From positions 5,984,001 to 6,048,000 of the forward strand of contig OZ253462.1 of assembly GCA_965261395.1 (NCBI GenBank): DNA of 64,000 nucleotides. Reading direction: 5' to 3'. Below, piece by piece: positions 37,623 to 46,804 of the stretch (position 1 is the stretch's first letter; every line of letters starts with the position of its first letter). The notes beneath the pieces are model-generated. The model had not been told where the DNA came from. It made no database searches and worked only from the letters and a program-made list of their open reading frames with translations. This DNA is from Candidatus Latescibacterota bacterium. GTDB taxonomy: Bacteria; Latescibacterota; UBA2968; UBA8231. A program made the translations under genes and the position numbers.

Positions 37623-40022
37623 ATGCCCATAAGCCACCAGCGCTTGGTTCGCTACATCTACCACCACTACATCGGCATCATCGCGCTGGCCACACTGCTG
37701 TCGGTATTTGCCGGGTTTTTTGCCGCCAAGCTGGCCGGAAATATCAAGACCGACTTCGCCGACCTCCTGTCCGACGACTACGTCAGCGTCAGCGAACTCA
37801 ACCGCATCAAGGCCCGCATCGGCGGCATTGGCCCGCTGATGGTCGTCATTACCAGCGACGACTTGGACGCGGCCGTTTCCTTCATGCTGGTCTTGGCCGA
37901 TTCGCTCGAACACAGCCCGCTGATTAGCTCAGTGAGCCTCCTCGACAGCAAAAAGGATCTGCTCGAAAAAAACCAACTCCTCTACATGGACTTAGAGGAC
38001 CTGCAAGAAATCAACCGCCGCCTCGACGAGCACGTAGAGTTGCAAAAACTCAAGCAGTCGCCGCTCTATTTCGCCTTTGACGACGAGGAAGAGCAGGTGC
38101 TCGACTTTGCGGATATCGAGGCTAAGTACCAGCAGGACGGCGCGGCGACCGCGGTTGCAGAGCAATACCGCCAATACTTCGTCACGCAAGAGGGCAACGG
38201 CGTCATCCTGCGGCTCTATCCGGCCGGGCTTACCACAGACGTCGTCTTCTCGCAGGCCCTGATTGACCATCTCGACCAGACCATTGCCGCCATCGGCCCG
38301 GAGCGCTTCCACCCCAGCATCGAATGCGTGTACAAGGGCAGTTTCCAAAACAGCGCCAACCAATTCACGATCATTATACAAGATCTCAAGTCAACGGCCT
38401 TGTATAGCATCGTCGGCGTGCTCCTGCTCATCACGCTGTTCTTCCGCCAAGTGATTGGCTCGCTCTTCATCACCTTGCCGCTGCTGATGAGCTTGACTTG
38501 GACTTTTGGCGTCACCTACTTGGCCATCGGCAGCCTCAACATGATCACCGTGGGGCTTTTCGCCATCCTCTTTGGGCTGGGCATCGACTTTGGCATTCAC
38601 ATCTTTGCCCGCTACCGCGAGGCCCGACGCCGAGGTATGGACATCGAACAGGCCCTGACCGTGACCGTCAGGCACACGGGTAAGTCCCTGGCGACGACGG
38701 CGTTCACTACCTCGGTCGCCTTTTATTCACTGCTGTTGACGGATTTTAAGGGCTTCTCGGAATTCGGTTTTATCGTGGGCACCGGCATCCTCTTTTCGCT
38801 GGTGGCCATGGTCGCTATATGCCCGGCCTTCATCGTCCTCGCCGAGCGCCTGCGGTGGATTACCCCGATCCGCAAGCGAAGCGTCCTGTGGCGCACCGGT
38901 CGCTATCCAAAGCCTTGGGCTACCTTATTGATCGGCGCGGTGATCACCGGGTACTCGCTGTATCATCTCAACGATTTGGAATTTGAATACGACTTCAGCA
39001 AGCTCAAGCCCGCGCCGCCACCCAACACCAACAAGGGCAGCCTGCCCCAGAGCCTGAAGGAGGGACGCTCGCCGGCCATCGTGCTGACCGAAAGCTACGA
39101 CGAAGCCATGGAGGTGGTTGGCACGGTCGAGGCCATCAAGGCCGCCCACGGCGACTCCACCACAGTCCTCAGCGTCAAGAGCGTGTACTCCGCGCTGCCG
39201 CAAGCCCAAGACGCCAAGCTGGCGCTCATCGCCGACATCCGCACCTCGCTCGACCGGGAAGAGGGCCTGTTCAGCGAGAGCGAGCGGGCCAAGCTGGACT
39301 CGCTGCGCCCGTACCTCGACGTGGAGAAGCTAACGCTCTACGATCTGCCCGCGGACTTGACCAACGCGTTCAAGGACAAGGACGGCAACATTCTCAACTT
39401 CGTGGCGATCAACGCCTCGGTCGAGCTCAAAAACGGGAGAGACGCCATCCGTTTTGCCGAGGAAATCAGCCATATTGAAACGCCGACGGGCAAGACCTAC
39501 ATAGCCTCTAGCTCGCACATTATCGTCGCCGAGATGCTCAAGGTCATGCTCAAAGACAGCTCCCTCGCCGTTTTCCTCACGCTCGCGGTGGTCGCGGTGG
39601 TGCTGCTCATCGACCTGCGGAGTTTTGTCGATACCCTGCTGGTGCTGACGCCGCTTGTGAACGCCTTGATATGGGTCGTGGGCTTCATGTATGCGTTTGA
39701 CATCAAGCTCAACCTCTACAACATGGTCGCCTTCCCGACGATCATCGGCATGGGCGTTGACAACAGCGTCCACATCTTCCACCGCTACCAAGAAGTCGGC
39801 CGCGGCTCGCTGCGACTGGTGTTGCGCACGACCGGGCTCGCGCTATTGGCTACGTCGCTGACGACGATGGTCGGCTTCTCGGGATTGGTGCCGGCCATCC
39901 ACCCGGCGCTCACGTCGATTGGCGTACTCTCGCTGGTGGGCTTGGGATCCTGTTTTATCACGTCCGTCACCCTGCTGCCGGCCCTGCTGCAAATCCGCGA
40001 GCGCCGCGCTGAGAAGCTCTAA
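37623..40022 (+). CDS. MMPL/RND family transporter (HpnN-like)
   Basis: Two RND halves with GLGIDFGIH and GMGVDNSVH; many TM segments. Confidence 0.9.
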   Translation: MPISHQRLVRYIYHHYIGIIALATLLSVFAGFFAAKLAGNIKTDFADLLSDDYVSVSELNRIKARIGGIGPLMVVITSDDLDAAVSFMLVLADSLEHSPLISSVSLLDSKKDLLEKNQLLYMDLEDLQEINRRLDEHVELQKLKQSPLYFAFDDEEEQVLDFADIEAKYQQDGAATAVAEQYRQYFVTQEGNGVILRLYPAGLTTDVVFSQALIDHLDQTIAAIGPERFHPSIECVYKGSFQNSANQFTIIIQDLKSTALYSIVGVLLLITLFFRQVIGSLFITLPLLMSLTWTFGVTYLAIGSLNMITVGLFAILFGLGIDFGIHIFARYREARRRGMDIEQALTVTVRHTGKSLATTAFTTSVAFYSLLLTDFKGFSEFGFIVGTGILFSLVAMVAICPAFIVLAERLRWITPIRKRSVLWRTGRYPKPWATLLIGAVITGYSLYHLNDLEFEYDFSKLKPAPPPNTNKGSLPQSLKEGRSPAIVLTESYDEAMEVVGTVEAIKAAHGDSTTVLSVKSVYSALPQAQDAKLALIADIRTSLDREEGLFSESERAKLDSLRPYLDVEKLTLYDLPADLTNAFKDKDGNILNFVAINASVELKNGRDAIRFAEEISHIETPTGKTYIASSSHIIVAEMLKVMLKDSSLAVFLTLAVVAVVLLIDLRSFVDTLLVLTPLVNALIWVVGFMYAFDIKLNLYNMVAFPTIIGMGVDNSVHIFHRYQEVGRGSLRLVLRTTGLALLATSLTTMVGFSGLVPAIHPALTSIGVLSLVGLGSCFITSVTLLPALLQIRERRAEKL

Positions 40023-40033
40023 CTTTGGCAGCC

Positions 40034-41179
40034 ATGCGCGTCGGCATTGTAGGAGCGGGCATTTTCGGCTTGGCCGCGGCCCTGGAACTCAACCGGCGGG
40101 GTCACCGGGTCACCCTCTTTGAACGCGGCCCCATCCCCTGTCCGGATGCCTCCTCGACCGATGTGGCCAAAGTCATCCGCCGCACCAGCTACCCCGAGGA
40201 GACCTACCACGAACTAGTCGAGCGGGCCGCGCACCAGTGGCGCCGGTGGCACGACCAGCTCAGCCGGGCGATCTACTACCAGACCGGCAAGCTCAATATC
40301 TGGAGCGATTTGCCCACCGACAGCCCGGCTTGCCGCGGCTTGGAGACGCTGCACCAGCGGGGGAAGACGGTCGAAGTGCTGAGCCCTACTCAGGTCCGCC
40401 AGCGCTTTCCCCAATTTGCTGTGCAGGACGACGACACGCTCTTTTACGATCCTTGGTCCGGCTATTTGCGCAGCGGTCAGGCCGTGGCCGATCTGGCCGA
40501 TCTGGCCCGGGACCAGGGCGTTGCTATCCGCTCCCACACCCCGGTGCAGGCCATGGACGAGACCGACCGGGGTATCCGCCTAGCCACAAGGCAAGAGCGC
40601 CCTCTATTCGACCGCGTCGTGGTTGCCGCCGGTGCCTGGGTGGTGCGGCTTTTTCCCACGTTAAAGGACCACCTGAGCATAACGCGCCAGCAAATGGCCT
40701 TCTTGGCCCCGGCCGAGCCCGAAAAGTTCGCCCAGAAGATCTTCCCCGTGTGGACGGCGCTGAGTCCCGAGGCGGCCTGGTACGGCTTCCCGCTGCTGCG
40801 CGAAGGGTACGTCAAAATCGCCGAGGACAGCAAAGTGGAGCGCGCCGAGCCCGAGGCCGATCGCCAACCCAGCCCCAGCTTCCTCGACCAGGCCCACGCC
40901 TTTGTCGCCCAGCGCCTGCCCGCGCTGGAAGGGGCCCGACTGGTGGGGGGCCGCGCCTGCCTGTACACCAATACGCCCGACGACCACTTTGTCATCGACT
41001 GGGCCCCGGCGGCACAGGGGATTCTCATCGCCGGCTGTGGCAGCGGCCACGGCTTTAAATTCGGCGGCTCCATTGGACCGGTTATAGCCGACGCCCTGGA
41101 GGACCGCAAAAATCCACTGGGCGATTTGTTCCGCCTTGGCCAGCGCTTTGCCGGCCCGGCGGACCCCTCTGGAAATTGA
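40034..41179 (+). CDS. FAD-dependent oxidoreductase (sarcosine/fructosylamine oxidase-like, DAO family)
   Basis: VGAGIFG, CLYTNTPDDHFVID, GSGHGFKF. Confidence 0.88.
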   Translation: MRVGIVGAGIFGLAAALELNRRGHRVTLFERGPIPCPDASSTDVAKVIRRTSYPEETYHELVERAAHQWRRWHDQLSRAIYYQTGKLNIWSDLPTDSPACRGLETLHQRGKTVEVLSPTQVRQRFPQFAVQDDDTLFYDPWSGYLRSGQAVADLADLARDQGVAIRSHTPVQAMDETDRGIRLATRQERPLFDRVVVAAGAWVVRLFPTLKDHLSITRQQMAFLAPAEPEKFAQKIFPVWTALSPEAAWYGFPLLREGYVKIAEDSKVERAEPEADRQPSPSFLDQAHAFVAQRLPALEGARLVGGRACLYTNTPDDHFVIDWAPAAQGILIAGCGSGHGFKFGGSIGPVIADALEDRKNPLGDLFRLGQRFAGPADPSGN

Positions 41180-41275
41180 ACGTAGATTCCCCGAAACTCG
41201 ACCTGAGACAAGACCGGGCCAGCTTTTCTCAATGGGGGTTTTAGCTATATTGAAATGGAGGTTGAAGCAAAAAAA

Positions 41276-41351
41276 TGGAGCGAGAGACGGGACTCGAACC
41301 CGCGACAACCACGTTGGCAACGTGGAGCTCTACCAACTGAGCTACTCTCGC
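41276..41351 (-). tRNA. tRNA-Gly (GCC)
   Basis: 76-nt cloverleaf GCGAGAG...CTCTCGC-TCCA; anticodon stem CCACG/CGTGG with loop TTGCCAA; GGTTCGAGTCC T arm. Confidence 0.97.
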
Positions 41352-41379
41352 TCGAAAATCAATCACTATGGAAGGAAAA

Positions 41380-41408
41380 AATATAACCATGCCCCATATA
41401 AGCGTCAA
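41380..41408 (-). promoter_or_regulatory. sigma70-type promoter for tRNA-Gly, overlapping the start of the divergent CDS
   Basis: TTGACG (41408-41403)-17 nt-TATATT (41385-41380). Confidence 0.7.
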
Positions 41409-44400
41409 GCTGTGCCAAGCTCTGCTGACTCTCGTTGCGGCCCTCTTGGGAGCGGCCTGTGAGCAGGGGCCGCCCGAGGAGTCCCCGTGGCCTCCCAAGG
41501 CGCGCTGGCACAACAATCAGGGCGTGGTTTACATGGATCAACACAACTACACGCGCGGCCGGGAGGAGTTTGCCCGCGCCCTCGCCTTGGCCCCAGACTA
41601 CGCTAGTGCGCAGGCCAATCTCGGCATTGCGTACTATGCCCTCGGCAAGTACGACAGCGCCGCCACGGCCCTGCAAGCCGCCATCGCCATCGACCCCGAT
41701 CTGCTCCACGCCAACTACGCGCTGGGCCTGATCTACAATGCCCAAGGCCGAGAGCACGACAAGGCGCTCGCCGCTCTACAAAAGGTCGCCGCCATCGACC
41801 GCGATGACCCTCACGTGCGCTACTATATGGGGCAAATGCGGGCCAAGCTAAACGAGGGCGAGGCCGCCCTCGCCGACTTCAAGGAGGCCATCCGCCTCGA
41901 CCCCTACAACGTGTCGGCGTACTATGGAATGGCCAATCTCTACCGGCGGCTCGGGCGCGAGGAGGAGTGGAAAAGCACCTTGGAGCACTTCAACCAGCTC
42001 AGCCAAGCCGGCCACCAAGGCGTTTCTTCTTCCTATCAGGGGCAGGGCAAATACGCCGAGGCCGTCGCCGATGCCGGTGGCGGCGATCTGAGCCGGGACG
42101 ATGTGGCCGGGCCTTTTGCATTCGCCGCGGCTGGCCCGGCAACCGGCCCGGTGCGCTTTGCCGCCTTGGGCGACTTTGACGCGGATGGCCGGCCGGATGT
42201 CTTGGCCGGAACCGAGGGCTTGCATCTATATGCTAGCGGCACAGCGGAAGTGCTCACTGCTCCGACGCTTCCCGACGGCTTTGGGGCGACTGGCGCGATC
42301 TCCGGCGACCTCGACAACGACGGGACCGCCGACTTGGTGCTCAGCGGCGCGGGCGGAACCCTGCTCTATCGAGCGGCCAACGGCCAATGGGCCGCCGGAG
42401 AAGACCTGTCCGCCGCCTCGACCCAAGTCGCGCTGGGGGATGCCGACCACGACGGCGACCTCGACCTGCTAGTGCTCGGCCCGCGCGTCTCGCTGCTGGC
42501 CAACGACGGCGAGGCCCGCTTCACCGCCACGGGCCAACCAGCCGGTCCGGCTGCGGCTGACCGCGCTGCATTTTCTGACCTCGACAACGACCGCGATGTG
42601 GATATGGTCCTCATCGCGGCTGAGAGCTTGCAAGTCCACACCAACAATCGCGACGGCACATTCTCGGAAATCGCCTCTGCCTTAGGTTTGGGGGCCGTGC
42701 AGGGTACGGACTTGGCCGTCGAGGACTTCAATCAAGACGGCTATATGGACTTGGCTATCGCGGCCAGCGGCACCGTAGAGACGCATATCAACCAAGCCGG
42801 CCGCGCCTTCGTCCGGGACGAGGCTCCGGTTGCGTCCGGCGGGCGGGCACTGCTTTCCGCCGACCTCGATAACGACGGCGACCTCGATCTGCTCGCCTGC
42901 GGAGACGAGCAACTGCAACCGCTGGCGTATAGCAGCGGCCAGTTCCAGCCGCAAACCCCACTCGACGAGCCGGGTGGGGCTGCGCTGATGGCCGATTTTA
43001 ACGGCGACGGCCGCGTGGATATTTGGGCGGGTGGTCGGGTGCTGCACAACCAAAGCGAGGGCGGGCACTGGATCGAGATCGCCGCCCAGGGACTTAACAG
43101 CAATCGCGACGGCGTCGGAGCCAAGGTGGAGGTGAAAACCACCCATCGCCTCCAGAAGCGCGAAATCCGCAGCGAGGGATACGCGGGCGTGCTCCACTTC
43201 GGCTTGGCGCAGAGCGACTCGGTCGAATTTATCCGCATCCTCTGGCCCGGAGGTGTGCGCCAGACCGAGTTGGCGACTGGGGCTGGACAGCGGCTGGAGC
43301 TGACCGAACTCGACCGCAAGGGCACCTCGTGCCCCATTCTCTACGCTTGGGACGGCGAGCGCTATCGCTTTGTCACCGACATTCTCGGGGGGGCCATTAT
43401 TGGCTATTTGACCGCCCCCGGTCAGTACTACCAGCCCGACACCGACGAGTACGTTCGCTTGGGGCCGTTGGCTCCCAAGGACGGCCACTACGTCTTGCAG
43501 CTAACCAATCAGCTAGAGGAAATCATTTACGTCGATGCCCTCGAACTTATTGCCGTCGATCATCCACCCGAGTTCGATATCTATCCCAACGAGCGCCTGC
43601 TTTCCGCGCCGCCCTATCCAGAGTTCAAGCTGTATCCCCTGCGAGGGCTGCGCCCGCCGGTAGCCGCCAAAGACCACCGGGGTGCAGACGTGTTGACCGT
43701 CCTGCAAGAGATCGACGATGAGTGGTATGACGGGTTTGGTCGGCTTGATATTCACGGCTATGCCGAAGACTATGCGCTAGAGTTGAACTTGGGCGACCTG
43801 TCCGAATTCGCCCATCCGGTCTTGCTCGGTTATGGGTGGGTTGACTACGCGCATTCGACCTCGAATTGGAGTGCTGCGCAGCGCGGTTTGTCGCTGTATC
43901 CGCCGCGTCTGTCCGTAGCCGATGGGGAGGGGGGATGGATCGAAGTCAGCGTGGATATGGGTTGCCCGGCGGGCCTGCCCAAACACGCGCTCTTCGACTT
44001 GGCGGGCCTGTTCCCGTCCGACGACTACCGGCTGCGGATCGAGACCAATACCGCGCTCTACTGGGACCAACTGCTCGTCGGCGACGCTGCGGATGTTCCC
44101 CTCGCGGTTCACCGCCTGCAACCGGCGCAAAGCGACCTCCACTGGCGTGGCTACCCGGCCCACACGGCTATCAAGGGTACCTTTGCCTTTCGCTATCACT
44201 ACGATCAATTGGCGTTAGAAGCGCCTTGGGGCACCCACGCCGGAGCCTTCACCCGCTTCGGCCCGGTGGGGGAACTGGTCGAGGGCATTGACGACCGCTT
44301 TGTCATCATGTTCCACGGCGATGAGCTGACCGTTGAATTCGCCGCCTTGCCGCCGCCGGCGGCTGGTCTGGTGCGCTCGTTCCTGCTGTACGCCGATGGC

Positions 44401-44574
44401 TTTGGCAAGGATATGGACCTGCATTCGGCGCACTCGCTAACGGTCGGGCCGCTGCCCTTTCACGGCATGTCCGGCTACCCGTACCCAGCGCGCGAACACT
44501 ACCCGCAAACTAGCGCGCACCTAGAGTACGTGCAGGAATACAACACGCGCTGGGTCAAGGGCTACTATGAATAA
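41389..44574 (+). CDS. TPR + FG-GAP/VCBS repeat + ASPIC/UnbV domain lipoprotein
   Basis: Lipobox LGAAC, TPRs, DxDxDGxxD repeats, SNRDGVGAKV, LHFGL, IRILWPGG, SCPILYAWDG. Confidence 0.88.
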   Translation: MPHISVKLCQALLTLVAALLGAACEQGPPEESPWPPKARWHNNQGVVYMDQHNYTRGREEFARALALAPDYASAQANLGIAYYALGKYDSAATALQAAIAIDPDLLHANYALGLIYNAQGREHDKALAALQKVAAIDRDDPHVRYYMGQMRAKLNEGEAALADFKEAIRLDPYNVSAYYGMANLYRRLGREEEWKSTLEHFNQLSQAGHQGVSSSYQGQGKYAEAVADAGGGDLSRDDVAGPFAFAAAGPATGPVRFAALGDFDADGRPDVLAGTEGLHLYASGTAEVLTAPTLPDGFGATGAISGDLDNDGTADLVLSGAGGTLLYRAANGQWAAGEDLSAASTQVALGDADHDGDLDLLVLGPRVSLLANDGEARFTATGQPAGPAAADRAAFSDLDNDRDVDMVLIAAESLQVHTNNRDGTFSEIASALGLGAVQGTDLAVEDFNQDGYMDLAIAASGTVETHINQAGRAFVRDEAPVASGGRALLSADLDNDGDLDLLACGDEQLQPLAYSSGQFQPQTPLDEPGGAALMADFNGDGRVDIWAGGRVLHNQSEGGHWIEIAAQGLNSNRDGVGAKVEVKTTHRLQKREIRSEGYAGVLHFGLAQSDSVEFIRILWPGGVRQTELATGAGQRLELTELDRKGTSCPILYAWDGERYRFVTDILGGAIIGYLTAPGQYYQPDTDEYVRLGPLAPKDGHYVLQLTNQLEEIIYVDALELIAVDHPPEFDIYPNERLLSAPPYPEFKLYPLRGLRPPVAAKDHRGADVLTVLQEIDDEWYDGFGRLDIHGYAEDYALELNLGDLSEFAHPVLLGYGWVDYAHSTSNWSAAQRGLSLYPPRLSVADGEGGWIEVSVDMGCPAGLPKHALFDLAGLFPSDDYRLRIETNTALYWDQLLVGDAADVPLAVHRLQPAQSDLHWRGYPAHTAIKGTFAFRYHYDQLALEAPWGTHAGAFTRFGPVGELVEGIDDRFVIMFHGDELTVEFAALPPPAAGLVRSFLLYADGFGKDMDLHSAHSLTVGPLPFHGMSGYPYPAREHYPQTSAHLEYVQEYNTRWVKGYYE

Positions 44575-46801
44575 AGAGCTTCTGGGCAGGGTAGTAGAAG
44601 GAGCGAAACGCGTGCCTAGCCTCTTACTGAGCAATGTGAATAAAGAGCTTCTGGGCAGGGTAATAGAAGGGGCAAAAGGCGCGATTACTCTCTCACTGCT
44701 CAAGAGGCTGCTGCTCTACACCGCTTGCTGCTTCGTCTTGTACGCCGTTGTCGGCGTGAGTAGCTATCTGATCTTCAACGACAACTTGCCCGACTTCGAC
44801 GCTTGGAGCTTCCAGCCCAAACGAGTCACCAACGTGTATTCGGCTGACGGCCGCCACTTGCAGGACTTCCTCGAGGAAAACCGCGAAATCGTCACCTATG
44901 AGGAAATCCCTGCGTCTATGCAGGCCGCTCTCCTCGCGGCTGAAGACCGGCGCTTCTTCTCTCATTGGGGTATCGATATATACCGCATCCCCGGATCGCT
45001 GCTGGCCAATCTCAAGGACCGGCGCCTCGTCGGCCAAGGGGCCAGCACGCTCACTCAGCAGCTCGCCCGCAATATCTTCGCCGAAGTTGGCACTCAGCGC
45101 AGCAGCGCTTCCTTTGCGGCTGTGGCGGCCACATACGCGCGCAAGATCCGCGAGCAGATTACCGCCGTCTTAATCGAGCGCCTGTACACCAAGCCCGAGA
45201 TAATGACTATGTACCTCAACACAGTCTATTTTGGCCACGGTGCCTACGGGATTAAGTCAGCGGCGCGCCTGTACTTTGACAGCGAAGTCGATCAGCTCGC
45301 GCTCGAAGAGAGCGCCTTGCTCACCGGGCTGCTCCCGGCCCCTAATAAATATACCCCCCTGCGCCACCCCGAACGCGCCCGCACGCAACGCAATCTGGTG
45401 CTGGCCAGCATGGCCGATAACGGCGCGATTACGCCCGCCGAGCGCGATTCCCTACGCAACGAACCCGTCGCCGCCCGCAGGGGTAGCCGCGAGGAGACGT
45501 ATGGCATAGCCCCGTACTTTGTCGAATACGTCCGCCAGCAGATGCAGCGCGAGTTTGGCATGGCAATCTATCGCGAGGGCTTTGTGGTCCACACTACGCT
45601 CGACTCGCGCTTGCAGCAGATCGCCGAAAAGCACTTTGCGGTTGAAATAGGCAAGGTGCAGAAAAAGGTGGATCAGTACCTAAAAGCCGTAGGTGCGTCC
45701 CGCAGCGTGCGCGACTCGGCTATAGTTCAAGCCGCCTTAGTGGCCATGGATCCGGCCACCGGCCACATCTTGGCCATGATTGGGGGCCGCGACTTCAGCC
45801 GCAGCAAATTCAACCGCGCCACCCAAGCCAAGCGGCAGCCTGGGTCCTCGTTCAAGCCCTTCGTGTACACGGCCGCCATCGACAACAACCGCTTTGCGGT
45901 GGACGTGCTCGACGACAATGCCTTCACGCTCTGGGACCACAGGCATAAGAAGTTCTGGGACCCCGAGAACTACGACAAAAAGTTCAAGGGGCCGATGACG
46001 CTGCGCGAAGGGCTGAAACGGTCGCGCAATCTCATCGCCATCAAGCTGGCCGACGAACTCGGCCCGGCCCTGATTCGGAGCTATGCCCGCAACATGGGCA
46101 TATCCACGCCCATCCAGGCCATTCCCTCCATCGGCGTCGGCACCAGTGAGGTGCTACTCCTCGACTTGGTGTCTGCGTACGGGGTCTTCCCCAACAGGGG
46201 TGTCTATGTGGAGCCTATGGCCATCAGCCGCTTGGAGAGCAAGGACGGCAACGTCTTTTTTACGCGGGAAAGCGGTCGCAAGCAGGAGGTGTTGCGTCCG
46301 GCCGTGGCCGTGATTGTCACGGACATGCTGCGCTCGGTCGTCGACGAGGTCGGCGGCACTGGACGCGGCATCCGCACGAAGTACGACTTCCGGTCTCAAG
46401 CAGCCGGCAAAACTGGCACGACCAACGACTACACGGATGCGTGGTTTCTCGGCTTTACGCCCCATCTCGTAGCTGGGGTCTGGGTCGGGATAGACGACCC
46501 CAGCTTGCGTCTCTGGCCGCGGCAAACCGGCTCTTCTGCGGCCCTGCCTTTGTGGGCGCGGTTTATGAAGGAGGCGTATGATACCGTGGAACCCTATCGC
46601 AGCCTGAGAAACCGCGGGTTCGAGGAACCAGAGGACCTCGTCGTGCGCCGCGCGGTCTGCAACGAGTCCAACAAGATCGCGACCCGCTTTTGTCCCGATC
46701 AGAAAGAGGAGATTTTCATCGCCGGCGAGGTATTGCGGAACACGTGCCCCCTGCACGGACGGCCCCAAGAGCAGGCCCCCGGGCACATCCAGAGGTTTTG
46801 A
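44567..46801 (+). CDS. Class A penicillin-binding protein (PBP1A family)
   Basis: EDRRFFSHWG, GASTLTQQ, RKIRE, RQPGSSFK, SRN, KTGT. Confidence 0.95.
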   Translation: MNKELLGRVVEGAKRVPSLLLSNVNKELLGRVIEGAKGAITLSLLKRLLLYTACCFVLYAVVGVSSYLIFNDNLPDFDAWSFQPKRVTNVYSADGRHLQDFLEENREIVTYEEIPASMQAALLAAEDRRFFSHWGIDIYRIPGSLLANLKDRRLVGQGASTLTQQLARNIFAEVGTQRSSASFAAVAATYARKIREQITAVLIERLYTKPEIMTMYLNTVYFGHGAYGIKSAARLYFDSEVDQLALEESALLTGLLPAPNKYTPLRHPERARTQRNLVLASMADNGAITPAERDSLRNEPVAARRGSREETYGIAPYFVEYVRQQMQREFGMAIYREGFVVHTTLDSRLQQIAEKHFAVEIGKVQKKVDQYLKAVGASRSVRDSAIVQAALVAMDPATGHILAMIGGRDFSRSKFNRATQAKRQPGSSFKPFVYTAAIDNNRFAVDVLDDNAFTLWDHRHKKFWDPENYDKKFKGPMTLREGLKRSRNLIAIKLADELGPALIRSYARNMGISTPIQAIPSIGVGTSEVLLLDLVSAYGVFPNRGVYVEPMAISRLESKDGNVFFTRESGRKQEVLRPAVAVIVTDMLRSVVDEVGGTGRGIRTKYDFRSQAAGKTGTTNDYTDAWFLGFTPHLVAGVWVGIDDPSLRLWPRQTGSSAALPLWARFMKEAYDTVEPYRSLRNRGFEEPEDLVVRRAVCNESNKIATRFCPDQKEEIFIAGEVLRNTCPLHGRPQEQAPGHIQRF
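44568..44701 (+). repeat. 69-bp-period tandem duplication of the PBP1A 5' end
   Basis: MNKELLGRVVEGAK repeated as VNKELLGRVIEGAK. Confidence 0.9.
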
Positions 46802-46804
46802 AGA

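Noticed and set aside
34140-41351. Genomic island integrated at tRNA-Gly
   Set aside because: No integrase and no duplicated tRNA 3' fragment found by eye.
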